Position numbers and translations under genes: made by a program
Part shown: piece after piece, positions 47,634 through 56,328 of the stretch
How positions within the stretch are numbered: position 1 is the stretch's first letter
Layout: the number at the start of each line of letters is the position of its first letter
The notes under the pieces: model-generated
Databases searched by the model: none
Seen by the model: the letters and a program-made list of their open reading frames with translations, nothing else
What the model was told of the DNA's origin: nothing
NCBI GenBank assembly: GCA_963813335.1
Contig: CAWEYL010000006.1
Span: forward strand, 64,001-128,000
Length of the DNA: 64,000 nucleotides
Reading direction: 5' to 3'
From: an uncultured Chloroflexia bacterium
GTDB taxonomy: Bacteria; Chloroflexota; Limnocylindria; Limnocylindrales; CSP1-4

Positions 47634-48173
47634 ATGATCGAAGGCGTGATCGGAGAGGCCGAGCCGGGGTCGTCAGTCGTCGAGCGCGCGGTCGCGGGCG
47701 ATGAGGTCGCGTTCGCCCGGATCGTCGCCGCGCATCACGGCGACATGGCGCGCATCGCGTACTTCGTGTGTGGCGACCTCGACATCGCGGAAGAGGCCGA
47801 GCAGGCGGCCTGGGCGGTCGCCTACCGCCGGCTGAAGGACCTGCGCGACCCCGACCGCCTGCGCCCGTGGCTGATGTCGGTCGCCGCCAATCAGGCTCGT
47901 CAGATCGCCCGAAGCCAACGACGGCGCACGGTCCGGGAGCTGGCCGTCACGGACCCGGCACGACCGCGCGACGCCGACCACGCCGCCCTGATCGACCTTG
48001 CGGACGCCCTCGGCCGGCTCGACCCGAAGGACCGGGCGATCGTCGCGCTGCGCTACATCGGCGGCTTCGAGTCGGCGGAGATCGGCGATGCCCTGGGGAT
48101 GACCGCGACGGGCGTGCGCGTGCGCCTCCATCGACTGCTCGAGCGGCTGCGAAAGGACCTCGGCGATGACTGA
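47634..48173 (+). CDS. ECF RNA polymerase sigma factor
   Basis: AVAGDEVAF, RPWLMSVAAN, SAEIGDALG..VRVRLHR; upstream TGTAAC-n17-CATCT ECF-like promoter. Confidence 0.88.
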   Translation: MIEGVIGEAEPGSSVVERAVAGDEVAFARIVAAHHGDMARIAYFVCGDLDIAEEAEQAAWAVAYRRLKDLRDPDRLRPWLMSVAANQARQIARSQRRRTVRELAVTDPARPRDADHAALIDLADALGRLDPKDRAIVALRYIGGFESAEIGDALGMTATGVRVRLHRLLERLRKDLGDD

Positions 48174-49519
48174 CCAGAAGGCGATGGAGCCGTTCGAGAC
48201 GCGGTTTGCCGATCTCGTCCAAACCTATACCGATCCGGCGAGTGCGCGGCCTGTCGATGCCCTCGCGGTCTCGCGCAGCGCGATGGCGGCCTCGAGAACG
48301 GCCGGCTGGTCCGTGCGCCGGATGGGCGCCGGCTCGCTCGGTCGGCGCATCGATGGCGGCCGCTGGGCGGCAGCCGCCCTGGCCGTCGTCCTGGTCAGTG
48401 TCGTGGGGTTCGCGATCGTGTCGCGGTCGTCCGACTCCGGCATCGGCCAGCAGCCGACACCCTCCGCATCGGCGGCGCCCACTCCTCGCGCGTCCGCGGT
48501 GGGACCGGTCCCCGAGGTCCTGCAACACCTGTGGCAGCGGCCGCTGCCGGTGGCACCCGGCGATGCGTGGGCCACCGCCTATCTCGGCGTGGCGGGCGGC
48601 GTCATCGCCGTCGGACCGGTCTCAAGTCTCGCCGGGGCGTCCGAAATCGACCGCCGCGAGCTCCGGCCCGGACACCGTCGTGGTGACCGCGAAGGCCGGG
48701 ACATCCGGGTGTGGGCCAGGCGATGTCGGGGTCTACCGCTTCGTGCTGGAGGGAAAGGACACCTTCGTGACCCTGACGTCGGTCGGCGCCGACGCCTGCG
48801 CCGCTCGGGAAGCCGCACTGACCGGCCCCTGGGTGCGCGCCGACATGCCCCCGCCCGACGAAGGCCTGACGCTGTCCCCAGGGACGTACGACACGACAGG
48901 GTTCGATCCGTTCGCCGACGACGCTGTCCCCGGGCGCCAGTCGTACACCGTCCCGGCGGGGTGGAAGGTGAAGGAGGATAGCGCGACGGCGTTCGTGCTC
49001 CACTACCTCGCCGACGCCTCGGCGGGCCAGCCCGTCAGGGACACATTCATCTTCGAGCTCGCCCGGCCGCGGCTGGCGGCGGCCTTCAAGGACGGGGCGA
49101 TCTGTGGACCGTTCGGCGACGAGCCCGGGGTCGGGCAGGGTGTCGACGACATCGTGGCCGCGCTCGTCGCGCGGCCTGGCGTGGTTTCGACGTCGCCGGA
49201 GGCAGTGTCCGTCAGCGGCTACGAGGGCACTCTCCTTGATCTGAGCGTGGCGCCATCCTGGACCGGTGGCTGCGTGGCGCCGGAAGGACCGATGGTCGGG
49301 ATTCCGGTCCTCCGCGGCTCGGGAGGCGAGCTCGGCCCAACGATCGGCCTCGTCCCCGACGCGCCGATCCGGCTCATCCTCGTCGACGTCGGCGGCGGGC
49401 GCACCATGGCCATCGCCGTGGCCTGTTCGGCGGCGCCAGGGACCTCCCAGTTCGATGCGCAGCTCAAGGCGGCGATGCCGGTCATCGAGAGCATCGAGCT
49501 CCACCCGCCGGCGCCGTAG
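48166..49519 (+). CDS. Membrane-anchored putative anti-sigma factor (apparent +1 frameshift near 48641)
   Basis: Overlaps the sigma gene; TM helix; coding continues in the 48206..49519 frame. Confidence 0.6.
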
Positions 49520-49543
49520 GACGAGATCGCGAGCCGCTCGACA

Positions 49544-49591
49544 GATCGGGGGATTCGCCCCTTTCGTCCGAGGTGGGGACCGTCCGACGAT
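49544..49591 (+). promoter_or_regulatory. Shared promoter motif, copy 1
   Basis: GATCGGGGGATTCGCCCCTTTCGTC + 17 nt + GACGAT. Confidence 0.55.
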
Positions 49592-49630
49592 CGATGCGTC
49601 ATGGACCAGCCATCGATCGGAGGTCGACCT

Positions 49631-50203
49631 ATGCGCATCCCACACGTCCGCGCCGCCATCCTCGTTGCGGCCGTGCTGTCGCTCAGCGCCTGCAGTAGCA
49701 CGACGGCACCCGGCGGCAGCGACGCCGTCCCGAGCAGCGCTCGCGGCCCCGCCGTCAGTGGCGCCACCGGCGGCGCGACCGGAGACGGCAGCGCGTCCGC
49801 ACCGTCGGCGGGAGGGGATGCGCTCACGAACGCGTGCGGGCTCCTCACCGCCGAGGAGATCCAGCAGGCCGTCGGGTTCGCGGTCAAGCCGGGGGTCCTC
49901 CAGAACAGCGACAACCAGTCCGATTGCGAATGGGCGAACGCGCAGGACGACTCGGCTTCCGTGGGCCTGACGGTCTCGGCGTACGACGACTTCCTGTGGC
50001 AGACGGGCAGCGCCGCGTCGAACAGCAAGCCAGTGTCCGGCATCGGCGACGCGGCCTTCAAGGGCTGGCCGACCTTCGCCGATCTGACCATCAAGGTGAA
50101 GGGCTACCAGGTCGTCGTGGCGATCGCCGACTTCCAGGCGAAGCAGGACGCGATCGACAGCGCGAACCTTGCGATGGCGAAGCTCGTGCTGTCGCGCCTC
50201 TGA
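49631..50203 (+). CDS. Lipoprotein, DUF3558-like
   Basis: GGAGG SD, lipobox LSAC, NACGLLTAEEI, CEW, VSGIGDAAF. Confidence 0.75.
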   Translation: MRIPHVRAAILVAAVLSLSACSSTTAPGGSDAVPSSARGPAVSGATGGATGDGSASAPSAGGDALTNACGLLTAEEIQQAVGFAVKPGVLQNSDNQSDCEWANAQDDSASVGLTVSAYDDFLWQTGSAASNSKPVSGIGDAAFKGWPTFADLTIKVKGYQVVVAIADFQAKQDAIDSANLAMAKLVLSRL

Positions 50204-50264
50204 TCGCGACGGCGAGCATCCACGCTGGACGGTGGTCCGCCGTGACCGGCCGTAGAGTATCGGC

Positions 50265-53084
50265 GTGGGCGCGGTCAGGGTCCCAGCCGATGTCATCGGA
50301 CGTCAGGTCGAGCTTGCAGCCGTCGACCGGTTCGTCGAGCGGCTCCGGCGCGGCCCGGCGAGCCTGGTCATCCACGGTGAGGCCGGGATCGGCAAGACCG
50401 CGATCTGGCGAGCCGCAGTCGAGCGCGCGCAGGCGAGCGGCGCGGTCGTCCTTCGATCGGCACCGGCCGAATCCGAGGGCCAGCTGACCCTCGGCGGGCT
50501 CACGGACCTCCTGTCGGAGGTCAGCACCGATCGGATGGCGGCGCTCCCCGCGGTCCAGCGCCATGCCCTGGAGATCGCGGTCCTTCGGACCGAACCATCC
50601 GGTCAGCTTCCGGACCAGCGGACGCTGTCCGTGGCGACCACGACGCTGATCCAGCAGCTTGCCGACGAGGCCCGGCTCGTCATCGCGATCGACGACGCGC
50701 AGTGGGTCGACGAGGCCTCGCGCACGATCCTGGCGTATGCCGTCCGGCGCCTCGCGGACCGGACCGCGGGGATCCTGCTGGCCGTGCGCGGCGATCCGAC
50801 CCCCTCGACGCTGGAGCTCGCCGCGGGCGTCCCGGACGATGCGCGGGACTCGGTGCGGCTCGGGCCGATGCCGCTCGCCGCCCTGCACCAGCTCTTCATG
50901 GCCCGCTTCGGCCGATCGTTCCCGCGCCTCGTGCTCGTCCGCATCGAGGAGGCCTCCGGCGGCAACCCGTTCTATGCACTCGAGATCGCACGGACGCTCG
51001 CCACAGCGGAGCCGGTCGTGCGGCCGGGTGATCCCCTGCCGATCCCGGCGACCCTCGGTGCGCTCGTCGAGGCGCGGATCGGTGCCTTGCCGTCGTCGAC
51101 CCGGTCGGCGCTGTTGCTGACGGCCGTGGCGGCCGAGCCGACCCTCGACACCCTTCGTCGCGTCGACCCCGACGCCGCGTCGGCCCTCGGATCGGCCTTC
51201 GAGGCGGGCGTCATCGCGATGGACCGCCGGTCCATCCGGTTCACGCACCCGCTCCTGGCGCATGCGGTGATCGGCCTGGCGACACCGGCCGAGGTCCGCC
51301 GCGCCCATGCCTCGCTGGCCCGGGCGGCGACGTCCGACGACGTTCGGGGGCGTCACCTGGGGGGCGCGACCGAGGGCCGCGATGCGCGCGTCGCCGCGGC
51401 GCTCGAGGCGGCAGCCGGAGCCGCTCGGGACCGCGGCGCGACCATCGACGCCGCGTCCCTCTTCGAGCGGGCGAGCGACCTCACGCCCGAGGAATCCGGC
51501 GACGAGGCCCTTCGCCGGGCGACGTCGGCCGCGGAATGCCTCTTCATCGACGTGTCGGAGATGGTCCAGGCGGACGCCATCCTCGACGCCGCGATCTCCG
51601 TGGCCGCGCCCGGCCCGACGCGCGCCGAGGCGCTCAGCCTCCGGGCCCTCATCCGCTACTACCACGGCCAGACCCCGGCGGCGGTCCGGCTTGGCGAGCA
51701 GGCGATCGACGAGGCGGGAGACGACCCGATCCGGCGCGCCAGGATCCTCGGCCGGGTCGCGTTCCTGGTCATGCAGGTCGATCTCGAGCGAGGCAGTGCC
51801 CTGGTGGCGGAGGCCATGGGGCTTCTCGAGACGGTCGATGGGACGACGCCCGTCGACCCCGACCTCCTGGCGAACGTGCTCCTCCTGCACGCGACCTCCG
51901 AGCTGGGGCTCGTCCGCGGCTACCTCGCCGACGAGATCGCCCGCGGGACCGCCTTGATCAGCGAAGGTGGTCGCACATGGGAACACGACGGCGCCGACGG
52001 GATCGCCTACGGTCTCGCGCGCCAGCTCGACGACGTCGATCGGGCGATCGAGATGACGGAGCGACTCATCCGGGCCAAGTCCGGCCCGGGCGGGGACGAC
52101 CCGTTCAACCTCGTTTCGCTCTCGGGCCTGCAGGTCTTCCGCGGCGACCTGGCGGCGGCCCGGTCGACGGCCGACGCGGCGCTCGAGGGTTACGCCCGTG
52201 AGGGCGCCGACGTCTTCCCGTCATGGCGGCTGCGCGGGGTCGCCCTGGTCGCCGCGTACCTGGGCCATGTCGACGAAGCCCGGCGACTGGCCGGCGAGGG
52301 ACTGGAGCTCGCGGTCGCGAGCGGGGACCTCGCTCTCGAGGTCTATCACCGCCACATCCTCGGGTTCGTCTCCTTGTCGGTCGGCGAGGTTCAGGACGCG
52401 GACGTCCAGCTGACGATGGCCGCCCGGGCGGCGGAGGCCAGCGGCACTCGTCACCCGGGGCGGTTCAAGCTGGACGGCGACCGCCTCGAGGCCGCCCTGG
52501 CGGTCGGCGACACGGACCGTGCCGAGCGGATCGTGGCGTGGCTCGAGCATGCCGGCGACGTCGCGCCGACCCCGTGGACCCTCGCGATCGGCGCGCGGGG
52601 TCGCGGCCTGCTCGACGCGGCGAACGGCGACCTCGACGCGGCCCTGCGGTCTCTGCAGGGAGCCCTGGCCGAGCACGAGCGCCTGCCGATGCCGTTCGAG
52701 CGCGCCAGGACGCTGCTCGCCATCGGTCAGGTCCATCGACGCCGGAAGGAGAAGCGGCTCGCCGACGAGCGATTCCGCGAGGCCCTGGACAGCTTCGAAA
52801 CGATCGGCACACCGCTGTGGGCGGACCGGGCGAGGGCGGAGCGGGCGCGCGTCGGCCTCCGGCCGCGTGCCCCCGAGGATCTGACCGAGACGGAGCGACG
52901 TGTCGCCGAACTCGCCGCCATCGGGCTGTCCACCCGAGAGATCGCGGAACGGGTGTTCCTGGCGCCGAAGACGGTCGGCAACGTTCTCGGACGAGTGTAC
53001 GAGAAGCTGGGCATCCATTCGCGGGCCGAGCTCGGCGCGCGGATGGGCGGCAGCGTCGCGCCCGAGGGCCTTGGCCCGGACTGA
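50265..53084 (+). CDS. Large ATP-binding LuxR-family regulator (AAA_16 + HTH)
   Basis: GEAGIGKT, IDDAQW, GNPFYA, FTHPL, LTETERRVAELAAIGLSTREIA. Confidence 0.92.
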   Translation: MGAVRVPADVIGRQVELAAVDRFVERLRRGPASLVIHGEAGIGKTAIWRAAVERAQASGAVVLRSAPAESEGQLTLGGLTDLLSEVSTDRMAALPAVQRHALEIAVLRTEPSGQLPDQRTLSVATTTLIQQLADEARLVIAIDDAQWVDEASRTILAYAVRRLADRTAGILLAVRGDPTPSTLELAAGVPDDARDSVRLGPMPLAALHQLFMARFGRSFPRLVLVRIEEASGGNPFYALEIARTLATAEPVVRPGDPLPIPATLGALVEARIGALPSSTRSALLLTAVAAEPTLDTLRRVDPDAASALGSAFEAGVIAMDRRSIRFTHPLLAHAVIGLATPAEVRRAHASLARAATSDDVRGRHLGGATEGRDARVAAALEAAAGAARDRGATIDAASLFERASDLTPEESGDEALRRATSAAECLFIDVSEMVQADAILDAAISVAAPGPTRAEALSLRALIRYYHGQTPAAVRLGEQAIDEAGDDPIRRARILGRVAFLVMQVDLERGSALVAEAMGLLETVDGTTPVDPDLLANVLLLHATSELGLVRGYLADEIARGTALISEGGRTWEHDGADGIAYGLARQLDDVDRAIEMTERLIRAKSGPGGDDPFNLVSLSGLQVFRGDLAAARSTADAALEGYAREGADVFPSWRLRGVALVAAYLGHVDEARRLAGEGLELAVASGDLALEVYHRHILGFVSLSVGEVQDADVQLTMAARAAEASGTRHPGRFKLDGDRLEAALAVGDTDRAERIVAWLEHAGDVAPTPWTLAIGARGRGLLDAANGDLDAALRSLQGALAEHERLPMPFERARTLLAIGQVHRRRKEKRLADERFREALDSFETIGTPLWADRARAERARVGLRPRAPEDLTETERRVAELAAIGLSTREIAERVFLAPKTVGNVLGRVYEKLGIHSRAELGARMGGSVAPEGLGPD

Positions 53085-53130
53085 TCGGGGTAACCGCCCC
53101 TTTCGTCGCGCCGCGGCGCGAACCTACCGT
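53083..53130 (+). promoter_or_regulatory. Shared promoter motif, copy 2
   Basis: GATCGGGGTAACCGCCCCTTTCGTC + 17 nt + TACCGT, 7 nt before ATG 53138. Confidence 0.6.
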
Positions 53131-53137
53131 CATCGCG

Positions 53138-53440
53138 ATGGAAGACCACGTCCCCGACGCGCCCCTGACCCGGACGTTCCTGGTGGAGCGGTATTGGCCG
53201 GACGTCGACGAGTCGACGGCCCGGGCGGCCATCACGAGCCTCGAACAGGTCGCGTCGGCGATGACCGCCGAGGGCACGCCCGTCGAGCACGTCGTCTCGA
53301 TCCTGATGCCGGGCGACCAGGTCGTCTTCTCGCTCATCCAGGCCGCCGACGAGACCGTCGCGCGACAGGTCAACGAGCGCGCGGGGATCCCGCTGGACCG
53401 AGTGACGGCCGCTGTCGCCCTCGGCCGCCACGACCGCTAG
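53138..53440 (+). CDS. DUF4242-like small protein
   Basis: FLVERYWP..HVVSILMPGDQVVFSL..NERAGIPLDRV. Confidence 0.7.
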   Translation: MEDHVPDAPLTRTFLVERYWPDVDESTARAAITSLEQVASAMTAEGTPVEHVVSILMPGDQVVFSLIQAADETVARQVNERAGIPLDRVTAAVALGRHDR

Positions 53441-53531
53441 ACCTGGAACCTTCCTGGCGGAAGACGGTGGCGCGTCGACGACCGGCTTGCCTCGGCCCGT
53501 CGAGGGGCGCATCCTCGACCCGGAACCGCTG

Positions 53532-54236
53532 ATGCAGAGACGCCGGTCGAGCCCGCGCTTCGCCGCCATCGTCGCGATGTCCGTCGTCGTCGCGGCGTGC
53601 GGCTCGGGGCCGAACGGGACCGGTCCGGCATCGACGGATGGAGGGTCGACCGTGGCGACACAGCGTTCGACCTCGCCTGCGCCGGCGACTGCCGGCACCT
53701 CGAGCACGCCCTCGACGAGCACGGGCTCGTCCGCGACGCCGGCGTCGCCGTCGCCGACCGAGGCACCCAGGGCCACCCCGACCCCGGGTCCGTTCACCCT
53801 GACATCGTCGGCCTTCGCCGAGGGCGGGCCGATCCCGACGGCCCAGACCTGCGACGGCGCCGATCGGTCACCAGCGCTCGCGTGGACGGGCGTGCCGGCC
53901 GGTACAGGCGCCCTCGTCCTCGTCGTCGACGACCCGGACGCCCGCGACTTCGTGCATTGGCTCGTCATCGACCTGCCGGCGGACGCCACGGGCTCGCTGC
54001 CCGCGAACATCGCGGCCGGGACCTCACCGCCGCAGCAGGGTCGCAACGACTTCGGGCGCGTCGGCTGGGGCGGGCCGTGTCCGCCGTCGGGCACCCACCA
54101 CTATCGGTTCACGCTGTCGGCACTGGCGGCGCCGCTCGGCCTGGGCGGTCACCCGGACGGCGCCGCGGTCCGGGCGGCGCTGCGGGCCGCGACGATCATC
54201 AAGCAGGCCCGCCTCACCGGGACCTACCACCGCTGA
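53532..54236 (+). CDS. YbhB/YbcL (PEBP-like) lipoprotein
   Basis: Lipobox VAAC; LTSSAF.EGG.IP..TCDG..SP.LAW, DDPDA..HW, GPCPPSG.HHY. Confidence 0.9.
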   Translation: MQRRRSSPRFAAIVAMSVVVAACGSGPNGTGPASTDGGSTVATQRSTSPAPATAGTSSTPSTSTGSSATPASPSPTEAPRATPTPGPFTLTSSAFAEGGPIPTAQTCDGADRSPALAWTGVPAGTGALVLVVDDPDARDFVHWLVIDLPADATGSLPANIAAGTSPPQQGRNDFGRVGWGGPCPPSGTHHYRFTLSALAAPLGLGGHPDGAAVRAALRAATIIKQARLTGTYHR

Positions 54237-54307
54237 CCGTCGGCGCCGACTGCAGCCGATCGGCGGCACTGCTCTCCTCGGAGGGCATCGGGTATCCTGT
54301 GGCCCGC

Positions 54308-54382
54308 GCCGACATAGCTCAGCGGTAGAGCAGCTGTTTCGTAAACAGCAGGTCCTCGGTTCAAATCCGAGTGTCGGCTCCA
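54308..54382 (+). tRNA. tRNA-Thr(CGT)
   Basis: GCCGACA/TGTCGGC acceptor stem, AGCGGTAGAGC D-arm, GCTGT-TTCGTAA-ACAGC anticodon arm, GGTTCAAATCC, encoded CCA. Confidence 0.96.
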
Positions 54383-54522
54383 CTCCCCCTCTCCGAATCG
54401 CCCGGTGAGGCCGCGAATCTCGTGGCATGCATCTGCCACTTCGCTGACGGCCTGCCGCGTGCCCCTTGGCCCGACGCTCGGGACATTCGACTCTGGCCCG
54501 GGACTGGGTCGGGGAGCAAGGT

Positions 54523-55245
54523 GTGACCGTGACGACGGCCATCGATGCGATCGCCGAGCCCGGGCGTGGCCCGGAACCCGGGCTGCCGTCCGCGCTGCCC
54601 TACGGGCCGGTCATGACGCGGCTCCTGCGGCCACTCCAGCACGGGTTCCTCGTCCTGAACCGCGGGTTCATGGCGCCGCTGGCGCATCGCCGACTCGGCT
54701 GGCTGGTCGGCAGTCCGCTGACGGGGCACATCATGGTTCTCCGGACGCACGGACGGCGGTCCGGCCTTGTCCGCGAGGCGCCGCTCGGATACGTCATTCG
54801 CGACGGCGCCGTCTACTGCGTGGCTGGCTACGGGACGCAGACGCCGTGGTTCCGAAACCTCGTCGACGACCCGGCCGTCGAGGTCCTCCTGCCGACTCGC
54901 CGCTTCCGGGGGGTCGCGACGCCGGTCGACGCCCCAGACGAGTGGCTGGCGGCCTACCGGGCGCTCATCGCGAGCTTCGGGCTCCTCGGGCGGGCGGTCG
55001 TCGGCGACATCGACCGGGTCGCCGATGCCGAGCTCCTCGCGCGGCATCGCGTTCTGCCGATCGTCCGCATCCGGCCCGCCGACGGTGGGCCGCCGCTGAC
55101 CCCGGGTCCCTTCGATCCCGGCGGCCGTGGCTGGCTGATCCCGTGGGCGGCGATGATCGTCTCGCTGATCGCCGTACGCCGACTCGCGACCGCCAGACGG
55201 CTGACCAAGCGGCAGGCGTCAAGAGCGGATGCGCAGGCTGGATGA
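54523..55245 (+). CDS. Deazaflavin (F420)-dependent nitroreductase-family protein
   Basis: LRTHGRRSGLVREAPL, WFRNLVDDPAVEV. Confidence 0.8.
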   Translation: MTVTTAIDAIAEPGRGPEPGLPSALPYGPVMTRLLRPLQHGFLVLNRGFMAPLAHRRLGWLVGSPLTGHIMVLRTHGRRSGLVREAPLGYVIRDGAVYCVAGYGTQTPWFRNLVDDPAVEVLLPTRRFRGVATPVDAPDEWLAAYRALIASFGLLGRAVVGDIDRVADAELLARHRVLPIVRIRPADGGPPLTPGPFDPGGRGWLIPWAAMIVSLIAVRRLATARRLTKRQASRADAQAG

Positions 55246-56280
55246 GCACGCCAGGCAACCGATGGCACCAGTGGGCGGAGCCGCTGCCGTGGCTGCTCGA
55301 ACCTGCGACGCCAGCCGTGCGGCACGTGGCCCTGCGGGACCTGCTCGATCGATCAGCCGATGATCCCGAGGTCGTCGCGGCGCTCGACGCTGCGATGCGC
55401 ACTGACCCGATCGCCTCGATCCTCGCCGCGCAATCCCCCGACGGCTATTGGGAGAAGCCCGGACCCGGCTACGCGACCAAGTACCGCGGCACTGTCTGGC
55501 AGTTGATGTTCCTCGACCAGCTCGGTGCCGATCCGGCCGATGAGCGCATCCAGCGGGCCTGCACCTACGTCCTCGAGCATGCAGTGACCTCGAACGGCGG
55601 GTTCGGCGCATCGGGGCGCCTCGGCGAGCACCCGCCCCCGCCGTCCGCGGTCATCCACTGCCTCAACGGCAACCTGCTCCGGGCACTCATCGGCTTCGGC
55701 TGCCTCGACGATCCGCGAGTCCAGGGCGCCGATCGAGTGGGAGGCACGATCGATCACCGGCGAGGGCGTCGAGCGCTGGTACGCGTCGGGGACGAGCGGT
55801 CCGGGTTTCGCGTGCGCCGTAAATGACGAGCAGCCGTGCGCGTGGGGCGCCGTCAAGGGGCTGCTGGGCCTGGCCCGCATCCCGCCACTCCAGCGATCGC
55901 CGCTGGTCGAGCGCGCGCTGGAGGCGGGGGCGGCCTTCCTCCTCAGCCGCGATCCGGCCGACGCCGATTACCCGATGGGCTGGGGCAACACCCGGCCCAA
56001 CGGCTCGTGGTTCAAGCTCGGCTTCCCGTCGGGCTACGTGACCGACGTGCTCCAGAACCTCGAGGCGCTCGTCGAACTAGGGCATGGCGGCGATCCGCGC
56101 CTTTCCGGTGCGCTCGAGTGGCTCGTCGCCAGGCAGGACGCTCGCGGACGCTGGCGCAACGAGTACGCCTACAACGGCAAGACGTGGATCGACATCGAGC
56201 GCCAGGGCCAGCCGAGCAAGTGGGTCACCCTGCGCGCTGGCCGCGTGCTCCGTCACGTCGAGCAGCGTCCGCATCCCTGA
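55242..56280 (+). CDS. Prenyltransferase/squalene-cyclase-like alpha-barrel protein (apparent +1 frameshift near 55729)
   Basis: WLLE..PAVR, QSPDGYW, KYRGT.W, then FGFP-like LGFPSGY.TD and RQDARGRW QW-like motifs, PSKWVT. Confidence 0.7.
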
Positions 56281-56328
56281 CTCCGCGCGAGTCTTGATTC
56301 AGATCCGAGTGTCGGCTCCACTCCCCTG

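Larger units (their letters stand above)
54389..56326. mobile_element. Integrase-less genomic islet at tRNA-Thr, bounded by a 29-bp att-like direct repeat
   Basis: 54360-54388 TTCAAATCCGAGTGTCGGCTCCACTCCCC recurs at 56298-56326 with one mismatch. Confidence 0.75.

Noticed and set aside
56298-56326. Second tRNA gene
   Set aside because: Only the 3' portion is present; treated as an att-like repeat.
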